DNA from: Flaccisagitta enflata
Lineage: Eukaryota
DNA length: 64,000 nt
Direction: 5' to 3'
NCBI GenBank assembly: GCA_965153355.1
Contig: OZ231126.1
Location: forward strand, 36,828,001-36,892,000
Position numbers and translations under genes: made by a program. Below, in pieces: positions 12,201-24,531 of the stretch; position 1 is the first letter of the stretch, and the number at the start of each line of letters is the position of its first letter. A model generated the notes under the pieces. It was not told where the DNA came from. It did not search any database and saw nothing but the letters and a program-made list of their open reading frames with translations.

Positions 12201-15200
12201 AAAATTGACAAACAAGCTGAAAATTACAAATCTGATACTAGCAAGATACTCTTATAAGGGGGGAGACAATAAACCGAGTCTAAAATATAAAGGGATTTTT
12301 TAGGATTTTCAAAGTCATCACGACTGTAAAAATGCAAGCACCTGGCTGATTTTTGGTATATACCCTCCTTGACTATTGTACTTTGATAAGAAAAAAAAAT
12401 TAGGGGCTGAAATGCCTCCAAAGGAACCAGTTTACCACCCACACCTACCACCACATCCTCGATTATGACCTTTTTAGGGCTCAACAACCAAAAATCTAAC
12501 TTCAATATGTTGAAAAAATGAATTTTCCTGGGGTGTCCTGTACTTGGGTAGTGCTCATTGGATGTCTCTGAAGGGATTTAGGCTAAAAAAATCAAAATCC
12601 ATGAGTTTGTTTTCTCCCAATATTGTCCACAAGCAAACTCCACCTATTTTTGACTAATTTGCTTTTTTAATTCATCCTACCCAAATTTGAGGTCTTTACA
12701 CCCTTATCCATCCATCTCAGTCCAAAAATCATTTTGATCTATCCCTAAGCATTTTATCTTAGGGGCCTACTAAAACCTAACCACCCTACTATACCTCTGG
12801 GCTCACAATAACATCTTTGGTTTAGTAGTTCCTACCCTGTGACGAGAAGAGGTCGCAGGTGTTGTCTCCGCCTTATTAGAGGGGGGCACCTCACATTTTT
12901 TCAAAACTATTCTGGAACAATAAAAAACTGAAAAAATGAGACTTTGGAATAGTGAAAACCAAATCAGGGCCATTTAGTAGGTATATCATAGCCTACACAA
13001 GTCAGAAATAGCTTGAAAAACACTCATTTTGACCTTATTTGGCGATAGTCCATTTTAAGCAAAAATGAGAGTTTTTTAGTGAATTTTTCTCAAATTTCAG
13101 GTATTTTTGGAGGATTTTAGGGTATTTTCATCTTGTTTACATGTTTATATGCTAATCTAACAAAAAAAATTGACAAACAAGCTGAAAATTACAAATCTGA
13201 TACTAGCAAGATACTCTTATAAGGGGGGAGACAATAACCCGAGTCTAAAATATAAAGGGATTTTTTAGGATTTTCAAAGTCGCATCACGACTGTAAAAAT
13301 GCAAGCACCTGGCTGATTTTTGGTATATACCCTCCTTGACTATTGTACTTTGATAAGAAAAAAAAATTAGGGGCTGAAATGCCTCCAAAGGAACCAGTTT
13401 ACCACCCACACCTACCACCACATCCTCGATTATGACCTTTTTAGGGCTCAACAACCAAAAATCTAACTTCAATATGTTGAAAAAATGAATTTTCCTGGGG
13501 TGTCCTGTACTTGGGTAGTGCTCATTGGATGTCTCTGAAGGGATTTAGGCTAAAAAAATCAAAATCCATGAGTTTGTTTTCTCACAATATTGTCCACAAG
13601 CAAACTCCACCTATTTTTGACTAATTTGCTTTTTTAAATCATCCTGCCCAAATTTGAGGTCTTTACACCCTTATCCATCCATCTCAGTCCAAAAATCATT
13701 TTGATCTATCCCTAAGCATTTTATCTTAGGGGCCTAATAAAACCTAACCACCCTACTATACCTCTGGGCTCACAATAACATCTTTTGTTTAGTAGTTCCT
13801 ACCCTGTGACGAGAAGAGGTCGCAAGGGGTGTTGTCTCCCGCCTTATTAGAGGGGCACCTCACATTTTTTCAAAAACTATTCTGGAACAATAAAAAACTG
13901 AAAAAATGAGACTTTGGAATAGTAAAAAACCAAATCAGGGCCATTTAGTAGGTATGTCATAGCCTACACAAGTCAGAAATAGCTTGAAAAACACTCATTT
14001 TGACCTTATTTGGCGATAGTCCATTTTAAGCAAAAATGAGAGTTTTTTTAGTGGATTTTTCTCAAATTTCAGGTATTTTTTGAGGATTTTAGGGTATTTT
14101 CATCTTGTTTACATGTTTATATGCTAATCTAACAAAAAAATTGACAAACAAGCTGAAAATTACAAATCTGATACTAGCAAGATACTCTTATAGGGGGGAG
14201 ACAATAACCCGAGTCTAAAATATAAAGGGATTTTTAGGATTTTCAAAGTCGCATCACGACTGTAAAAATGCAAGCACCTGGCTGATTTTGGTATATACCC
14301 TCCTTGACTATTGTACTTTGATAAGAAAAAAAAATTAGGGGCTGAAATGCCTCCAAAGGAACCAGTTTACCACCCACACCTACCACCACATCCTCGATTA
14401 TGACCTTTTTAGGGCTCAACAACCAAAAATCTAACTTCAATACGTTGAAAAAATGAATTTTCCTGGGGTGTCCTGTACTTGGGTAGTGCTCATTGGATGT
14501 CTCTGAAGGGATTTAGGCTAAAAAAATCAAAATCCATGAGTTTGTTTTCTCACAATATTGTCCACAAGCAAACTCCACCTATTTTTGACTAATTTGCTTT
14601 TTTAAATCATCCTGCCCAAATTTGAGGTCTTTACACCCTTATCCATCCATCTCAGTCCAAAAATCTTGATCTATCCCTAAGCATTTTATCTTAGGGGCCT
14701 ACTAAAACCTAACCACCCTACTATACCTCTGGGCTCACAATAACATCTTTTGTTTAGTAGTTCCTACCCTGTGACGAGAAGAGGTCGCAAGGGGTGTTGT
14801 CTCCCGCCTTATTAGAGGGGGGCACCTCACATTTTTTCAAAAACTATTCTGGAACAATAAAAAACTGAAAAAATGAGACTTTGGAATAGTGAAAAACCAA
14901 ATCAGGGCCATTTAGTAGGTATATCATAGCCTACACAAGTCAGAAATAGCTTGAAAAACACTCATTTTGACCACATTTGGCGATAGTCCATTTTAAGCAA
15001 AAATGAGAGTTTTTATAGTGGATTTTTCTCAAATTTCAGGTATTTTTGGAGGATTTTAGGGTATTTTCATCTTGTTTACATGTTTATATGCTAATCTAAC
15101 AAAAAAATTGACAAACAAGCTGAAAATTACAAATCTGATACTAGCAAGATACTCTTATAAGGGGGGAGACAATAACCCGAGTCTAAAATATAAAGGGATT

Positions 15201-17398
15201 TTCTAGGATTTTCAAAGTCGCATCACGACTGTAAAAATGCAAGCACCTGGCTGATTTTTGGTATATACCCTCCTTGACTATTGTACTTTGATAAGAAAAA
15301 AAGATTAGGGGCTGAAATGCCTCCAAAGGAACCAGTTTACCACCCACACCTACCACCACATCCTCGATTATGACCTTTTTAGGGCTCAACAACCAAAAAT
15401 CTAACTTCAATACGTTGAAAAAATGAATTTTCCTGGGGTGTCCTGTACTTGGGTAGTGCTCATTGGATGTCTCTGAAGGGATTTAGGCTAAAAAAATCAA
15501 AATCCATGAGTTTGTTTTCTCACAATATTGTCCACAAGCAAACTCCACCTATTTTTGACTAATTTGCTTTTTTAAATCATCCTGCCCAAATTTGAGGTCT
15601 TTACACCTTATCCATCCATCTCAGTCCAAAAATCATTTTGATCTATCCCTAAGCATTTTATCTTAGGGGCCTACTAAAACCCAACCACCCTACTATACCT
15701 CTGGGCTCACAATAACATCTTTTGTTTAGTAGTTCCTACCCTGTGACGAGAAGAGGTCAAAGGTGTTGTCTCCGCTATTATTAGAGGGGGCACCTCACAT
15801 TTTTTCAAAAACTATTCTGGAACAATAAAAAACTGAAAAAATGAGACTTTGGAATAGTAAAAAACCAAATCAGGGCCATTTAGTAGGTATGTCATAGCCT
15901 ACACAAGTCAGAAATAGCTTGAAAAACACTCATTTTGACCTTATTTGGCGATAGTCCATTTTAAGCAAAAATGAGGGTTTTTATAGTGGATTTTTCTCAA
16001 ATTTCAGGTATTTTTGGAGGATTTTAGGGTATTTTCATCTTGTTTACATGTTTATATGCTAATCTAACAAAAAAATTGACAAACAAGCTGAAAATTACAA
16101 ATCTGATACTAGCAAGATACTCTTATAAGGGGGGAGACAATAACCCGAGTCTAAAATATAAAGGGATTTTTTAGATTTTCAAAGTCGCATCACGACTGTA
16201 AAAATGCAAGCACCTGGCTGATTTTTGGTATATACCCTCCTTGACTATTGTACTTTGATAAGAAAAAAAGATTAGGGGCTGAAATGCCTCCAAAGGAACC
16301 AGTTTACCACCCACACCTACCACCACATCCTCGTTATGACCTTTTAGGGCTCAACAACCAAAAATCTAACTTCAATATGTTGAAAAAATGAATTTTCCCG
16401 GGGTGTCCTGTACTTGGGTAGTGCTCATTGGATGTCTCTGAAGGGATTTAGGCTAAAAAATCAAAATCCATGAGTTTGTTTTCTCCCAATATTGTCCACA
16501 AGCAAACTCCACCTATTTTTGACTAATTTGCTTTTTTAAATCATCCTGCCCAAATTTGAGGTCTTTACACCCTTATCCATCCATCTCAGTCCAAAATCAT
16601 TTTGATCTATCCCTAAGCATTTTATCTTAGGGGCCTACTAAAACCTAACCACCCTACTATACCTCTGGGCTCACAATAACATCTTTGTTTAGTAGTTCCT
16701 ACCCTGTGACGAGAAGAGGTCGCAAGGGGTGTTGTCTCCCGCCTTATTAGAGGGGGGCAACTCACATTTTTTCAAAAACTATTCTGGAACAATAAAAAAC
16801 TGAAAAATGAGACTTTGGAATAGTGAAAAACCAAATCAGCCATTTAGTAGGTATATCATAGCCTACATAAGTCTGAAATAGTTTGAGTGCCACTCATTTT
16901 GACCTTATTTGACGATAGTCCATTTTAAGCAAAAATGAGAGTTTTTATAGTGAATTTTTCTCAAATTTCAGGTATTTTTTGAGGATTTTAGGGTATTTTC
17001 ATTTTGTTTACATGTTTATATGCTAGTCTAACAAAAAAAATTAACAAACAAGCTGAAAATTACAAATCTGATACTAGCAAGATACTCTTATAAGGGGGGA
17101 GACAACAACCCGAGTCTAAAATATAAAGGGATTTTTTAGATTTTCAAAGTCGAGATCACGCACTGTAAAATGCAAGCACTCATTGATTTTTGCATATACC
17201 CCCTTGACTATTGTACTTTGATAAGAAAAAATTAGGCTGAAAATGCCCTCCAGAAGGGAACCAGTTTACCACCCACACCTACCACCACATCCTCGCTTAT
17301 GACCGTTTAGGCCTAACAACCAAAAATCTATCTCAATATGTTGAAAAAATGAATTTTCCTGGGGGTGTCCTGTAATGGTAGTGCTCATTGGATGTCTC
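9215..17398. repeat. Satellite array, about 8.5 tandem monomers of ~950-970 bp
   Basis: The monomer landmark (ccttatttggcgatag and variants) recurs at about 10165, 11113, 12068, 13033, 14004, 14971, 15939 and 16903. Confidence 0.97.
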
Positions 17399-18249
17399 AG
17401 CTCACGTACCTTTCTCTTTTATTTATATGTAAAATCGCTGAACTTACCTTTTTTTATATCTTTAAGATGAATTTTGACTATGATCCCGAAGGAATATCAA
17501 AAAAAGGAAAGCACTTTCAATTAACAGTTTTTTTCTGCAGATTTCAAATCTGCAGTCAAAACAGAGATTTAAGCACTTTGAAATTTTTGGTTTCCCATAG
17601 GCTGAGGGAAAATTCAAGGTAAGGCGCGGACAGCAAGATGCAAATTTTTCAGACCAAAATTGATGCCATTAGAAGCCCAAGACAGCCCCGCAACAAGAAC
17701 TACTTGTAGAATTCTGATTTTATTGCTTTTAGTCATTTAGGTACAAGCTAATATGCAGTTTGTGTATTAGCCATATGTGACCATATATTGGACGTGGATA
17801 GCCACAATTGTGCCATTTTAGTCAATTATACCAAATTTGAGGGTCAAAAGTGGGAAATGTTGTTAAAATTAGCGACTTTAGCACCTTGGATAGTTGTTAA
17901 AATCAGCAACATTAACAACATGGTAAGAAGAGGTTTCAAATGGTTGTGAAATTAGCAACTTTAGCACAAAAAATTTTTTTCCTCTTTTTGCATGTTTTGA
18001 GAAGAGGAGTATCCCAAACTTTTTTGTCCATAAGGTCCTCACCCTTAGGGCAACATTTGACGAAAAAATGAAGAAATTTGAAGATGACGTATTTTGAGAA
18101 AAATGAGCAAAAACAATTTTTTTCTATGTTTTCTATGTTAAATGCCATTGGTGGAATTGGCAATGTTGCTGATTTCACAACACCATGTGTTAATATCACT
18201 AACTCTGCATTTACCCAGCTGTAATGACAAGCTACTGTGTAATCAATAA

Positions 18250-18461
18250 AAAGAAGGCCGGATACACGGCTATCCCGGTCGCGTGCCGGTGGGCAGAGAC
18301 TGTATCTGAAGTCACTGGAGGTTTTGGGCAAGAGCAGTGAGGACAAAGACCAACCGACCATCTGACCAGCCAACCAACCAACCGACCAACCAACCAACTA
18401 ACTAACCAACCGACCAACGGAAGGACGGACAAAGCGGGTTGTAGAGTCGCGTAGCACGCGA
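18250..18461 (-). mobile_element. HINE/DINE-1-like element, family A
   Basis: Reverse complement of the agtcgcg...cgcgactct hairpin, a (ggtt/ggtc)n core, and the gtgtatccggcctt end. Confidence 0.65.
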
Positions 18462-18798
18462 TTATAAATTGTGTTTGTAGTAATAACCCTATCAATAAGT
18501 CATCACCGTTCATAATCTTTATTTTCTGGCCTCGTAGCCAGCTTTTATGTCGCGTACTCCGTCGGTCTGTTGGCCCGTTCGTCCTTCCGTAATGCTCTAC
18601 GCAAAAAGTGTGAATCCCTCTGCTAAAGCAGGGTCGAGTCAATTCATTCAAGTCTAACGCAAACGAACATAAAACTCCGCATAAAACTGGCAAAAACCAA
18701 AGAGTGAGGAAGACTAGCTGGAGGAAAGGTAGAGCGAGGTTTAGAAGGAGGGGAGCGAAGAGGGGAGATAGAAAGTCTGAGGGAGGTTTGGAATTGGA

Positions 18799-19807
<1,009 letters not shown>

Positions 19808-20126
19808 AAGATGATCAAAAGTAATCGATAGTCTCATTTCAGTTTGGTATCCATGTTGACAGCTTAAACATACTTTGCCCATCTACAAAAAGCTCATCCT
19901 GCTCATCTGCTCATTCTTAGACTGACTTATCCTCACCTTTTGCATTTCCGTTCACCCGCATGATTCGCTCCAAGGCCCTATTAAGCATCTCGGCGCTCAA
20001 AAGATGATGACAAAGACCATCGGATTGTCATGTTACTCAGCTGTTTTATGGCCCCAAATCCTTTTATTAAATACAGCTCGGCTCGGCACATGCAAATTGA
20101 ATTCGTGAAGGTTGATTAACTCACGT

Positions 20127-21035
20127 TATAAGTTACGCCCACGAGTTTCAACTGGCACTGTCTATGAGCGTCTATCTGACTGACGACTTGTGGTGAAAGA
20201 AAGTTGGCCGATTGGAAAATAGGAAGGCGATCGTCTCGTTTATTCCATAAAAAATTTCAACAACTGAAGAGAGGGGGAAAAATGAAAGGGAAAGTGGGCG
20301 TTAATTGTGATCAGCAAACGCAAAAGATAACATGAAATCGAGATAGGACACAATAAAGGACAGAAACAGCACATGACAACATGTTCATCTTCTTCAGAGC
20401 CCATGCCACCTGATAATACCTGCCCCTGCCCCGGCCCATCCCATTAAATTCATCCATATCATCCCTATAGCAAGCTGATCGGGCAAGCGATAAAAACCAT
20501 ACTAAAATCCGGCGATAAAAATGCAAAAGGGCAAAAGACAAAAATAACAGACTGAGGACAAAATAAAAAACGATAATAAAAGCAAACACGCGTCTATAAA
20601 ACTTACTTTTAGGCTCACTGTTGGTTTCAACCTACAGTCTGTCGGGTCAAATTAACGTTAATTGTCCTTCGTTCATTAGTTTATTCTGCAAAAAGAGAGA
20701 TTATTGAAATTAGTGAATTCCAAGGGCGCATTCAAACGATCACAAAAATCAATCAATCACTTTAATAAGCAATGCCGCAAATAAATAAAATCAATCAATC
20801 CAAAATTGATGATACGAAGACGAGATACGTATGTTCGCTACGTAATAAAAAAAAAAAAAAACAAATGGCAAAAAAATACAAGGCGCAAACCATATGGTTA
20901 CCCATCTAGCGTTCAATATAAAAATGGCGAGAAACAAAAGACGCGGCATTGAATGATCGAAGAAGAGAAAAAGCCAAAAGCACGCAAAAGAGACAAAAGC
21001 ACACATACCTAAAAAACGGACGGACATTTCTAACA
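20127..21035 (-). repeat. 3' LTR of the BEL/Pao element
   Basis: Begins TGTTAGAAATG on the minus strand at 21035 and ends ...AACTTATA abutting the TSD. Aligns with 32364-33273. Confidence 0.95.
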
Positions 21036-21050
21036 TTCTGCCCCATTTTT
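21036..21050 (-). promoter_or_regulatory. Polypurine tract (PPT)
   Basis: Minus-strand aaaaatggggcagaa lies immediately before the TG of the 3' LTR. Confidence 0.75.
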
Positions 21051-21192
21051 GGAATTTCACGAATTTCAAAAATCCGACATCTAGTTTCCAGTCGGGGAAA
21101 CCCTACTAAAAAACCGATACTACCTTCCTTAAAAAAAAAAATTTACATAGACACAAACCCCCGCCCCTCCCCCCCCGTCCACCGCCTCTTAC

Positions 21193-24182
21193 ATCCCCAC
21201 CCTAACTATCAACAGATCGACGACTGCACGAATGATGATTCCCGTCCGGAAAGGATCCACCACCAGCAATTTGCAACGATCAATGACGATGCGGATGGAG
21301 ACGAGGTGGCGACGAGGAGGTTGAGGCGCCCGTTCCTGTGTTAAAGGGAAGGGGGAAAGGGAACGGGCCTAGGAGCACCCAAGCCTGGGATTTGACTTGG
21401 AGGTGGAAAATATAAGTGGGGGCATACTACTAAAAACATGTCATACGAAAGTATTCGTAATAATGACTAAAAAGACCATGTCTAAAACAAACACAACAAA
21501 TTTACATGTTCCAAGGAACCAAACAAAACAAGACAAAATAAATAAGTTACTAACTATATATAAAAACGAATCTGTAAGGTAAAAACAAATTAGTAAGCAT
21601 CATGGAACGACCACATCACCTGCGCCTTCTCCATTACAGAGACGAGCGGATCATTCCGGAAGCTCCAACACCTCGTCAATCCGTGGGCGAAAGGCGATAA
21701 ATGATGTCGTCAACGGCGACCGCATCGAAAGGCGCAGGTGGTGCAGCCGTCTGAGAATGTATCCTCCCCGAAGGGAAGAAAAGGAAAGAGAAAAATGGGG
21801 GCAGATTGATTAGTAATGTTCTTAATGTACACAGATTCAAATTTACAACAAAAACTCAACCTCAACCCTTCCCAAACCATGAAACTTACGCGGGCTGCCA
21901 CAGGCCCCGCGGACGTCATTCCCATCCCAGGCGCCCGACTTGGCCTGCCTGTCCATCGATGGGATGAGGATGCGAAGGTGGAATACTACCCTCAGCGAAT
22001 GGCGGCGCTCTCCACGCCATGTTGCAAATTGGTAGTTAAGTTGAACAGCAACTGGGCGTGGCACCAATCAGCGTTTAGCTGGCGGTCTGATTTTTCCAAG
22101 GCCTGGTTCGATTTTTCTTATTCCCAGGCTTGGGAGCGCTTATGACGTGGGATCTGCTGACCGACTTTTTCTTGCCAAGAAGTTACCCAGGAGGTGGAGA
22201 TGCTGCACGCACTGCGCCAGTCGAAATTTCTTGACGACAGCGGACGCAGAAGTTTTAAAGTCGCACGGCCATAGTCGGCTTTGCGCTGCTCCACCGCTTT
22301 CCTTCTTCTTTCTTAGCCTTCATCAGACAGGCCTGCTTCCTTTTCAAGCTTAAGTCCCCAGTTCCACGACTCGCTTATTGCCTTTGACCACCTCATTGTC
22401 CGCAGCCATTGCTGCTCGACGAGCATCGTCTCTCTCCTTTTTGATGTTAATTATGATCACAACTCTCTCTTGCCTAAGACTTGACGAGCCGCTTCAACCC
22501 GTTGACGCGGCGGAAGCGACGCTAAGAAGTCTTTTGGAAGCCTTGATGCTAAATTCTTCACCACCCCCAATGGAGCATTTGAGGTCAGTGAAGAGGTTCT
22601 CGTAGCAATGACTCGGCGATGTGGTGTCCATGCGCAGGATCAAAGGCTGGATCCGACGGGGGAGGCGGGTTCTGCACTTGCTGCAGACCTTGGGCAGACT
22701 CGGTTTGCTGACGAGGCGCTACACCAGCTTTAACAGATGCTGAAGCACCGCCAACTAGTTCGCTTCCTACCGCGGCTTTTGATGGCTGCGAGTGAAAGGA
22801 AGACGCTCCCGTCTGCTGACCATAGACTTGAGGTTTAACAGCGGACGCCGAAGCACCGCAAGTAGAACCTCCCTTGGTTGCTGCTTTGTGCTTCTTCCCA
22901 GCTCTCTTGGTCTTCTTCCCCTTTGCTGCCGCTGCCCCAGGCGCCTGATCCAGCTTCTGGGTTGCTGCCAACGTTGCCGTCGACGAACCGCTTGAAGCTT
23001 CTCCTTGGCCTTTGGGCATTACTGCTGCAGGGGGCGCGCCTGGAGGCGCTTGAAGGGGGCCTTTGCTTTTGGAATTTGGCCCTTTTTGTTGACTCGGCAC
23101 ATTGCGCGTTTGTGGAGTCTTTCCCCGACGTGATCTCTTCGACTTTTGTGAGGGAGTGATGTCACGAGGACCCTGTTGCTGCTGATTTGGGGGATGAACC
23201 AATCCAGGGCGCGATTGACGACTTCCTGATGCTGTAGAGTGAATTGCCGCTGATGTAGCTGCGGCTGCGTCGAGCACGAATACCGCTGGTGGAGTTGCGG
23301 AAGCGTCGACAGCAGTTGCACCAGGAGGCTTCGGAGCCGCATTCTTCCTCTTCGTCGCCTGGACCATGCGACGAACCTCCTTATCATGCTCCCTCCTTCT
23401 CTTATTGCTTTGGATTTTGCGCTCCAGAGTCTCCGAGCCAAGCTCTGTTTGATTAGCCGATGAGCGCATGAGAGTTTGTTTGTTGCAGCATACCGAAAGT
23501 TTTTCAAACTCTTTGAAGAGGAGAGATACTCCGACGTCGGGCTGATGATACGATACCACCAACGCGCCTGCATCCGTTGGTGCTTCTCTTCCGGCCGCAG
23601 TGTCCACTTCCGTCAATGTCTTCTCCACTGCCTCCCTCCCCATTCACTAACACCTCCTCTCTGTTTCCATCCTCCTCCTCCACTCTTGCTCCATCATTGA
23701 CCGACCTCTCTCTTCGCCCCCGTATGCTGGACGTGCAGCTGCAGACGCTGATCACGAGACGCTGCGACCAAATCAAGGCAAAATTGGCGAGGCGATGGGG
23801 GCAAATCCGATGATGATGACGCCGCCGCGGAAGTGGTGAATAAGTCCGTCGGCGGCCGATTGATCGAGATCCGCCTCGAACCTCCATCTCTGATGACCAC
23901 CAATGGAGGAAGCGACGCGGGATCAACGGCGTTGGATGGCTGTTGACGATTTACCAACGCATCATCTTGTTGACGCTTTTTATTCGCCATTTTTGCGTCT
24001 ACGACAGAACGAAGGTCGCCATTGAAGGCTGCCAACGCGACAGCCTCCTCCTCCGCCCCGAACGACGTCGTGGATGCAGATCCCTCTCGAGTCGAGCCGT
24101 CGTTGAAGAGTCGATGAAGATCCAAGGATCCGTACGACGTCGACACGTCGGCTTCTGCCTCGAGACGCTGCTGACGGGACAT
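21193..24182 (-). CDS. Accessory gene (ORF2) of the retrotransposon, sense orientation, probably spliced; low-complexity, basic and coiled-coil-like product of unknown function
   Basis: GC-rich coding-like sequence from an ATG at 24182 through ORF pieces 23694-24206 and 22585-23643, continuing with frameshifts and stops to 21890. Candidate introns are 21889-21751 (GTAAGT...TTCTCAG) and 21619-21336 (GTGATG...pyrimidine tract..ACACAG), with a further donor GTAAGA at 21192. Confidence 0.55.
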
Positions 24183-24531
24183 CTTGACTTCGACGAGCGA
24201 CTTCAAGATGCGAACTGACTGTCAGATGGAATGACGTCGTCAGCGGAAGCTTTGAAATGTTCGTATTGAGAGAACTGATAAAGGTAAGAACGGATTTGGC
24301 ACAATAATATGTACATATAGACAGAGCGAATGAATCAGTGTTTTGATGTGTAAGTGGAAATGGACAACATAATTGACAAGAGGAAAGATGAAAGCATGGA
24401 TAATCAGAACCAAATATGAATAATAACAACTCTTTGTAAATATAACAAGTCAGAGTATCAATCACTCATATCTATAGTTACTAATGGACAGGCCCATGCG
24501 CCTTTTTCTCTCTCTCAAAACTTAGCGTTTT

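Noticed and set aside
9215-17398. Repeated short ORFs (MKLDFWLLSPKK...) or a CRISPR-like/rDNA-like array
   Set aside because: The ORFs vary with homopolymer indels and have no recognisable motif. There are no unique spacers and no rRNA, tRNA or snRNA signature that I can identify.
23445-23493. 49-nt GTATGC...CTAAT..CAG mini-intron inside ORF2
   Set aside because: The ORF is open across it, and removing it would require an upstream frame that contains a stop.
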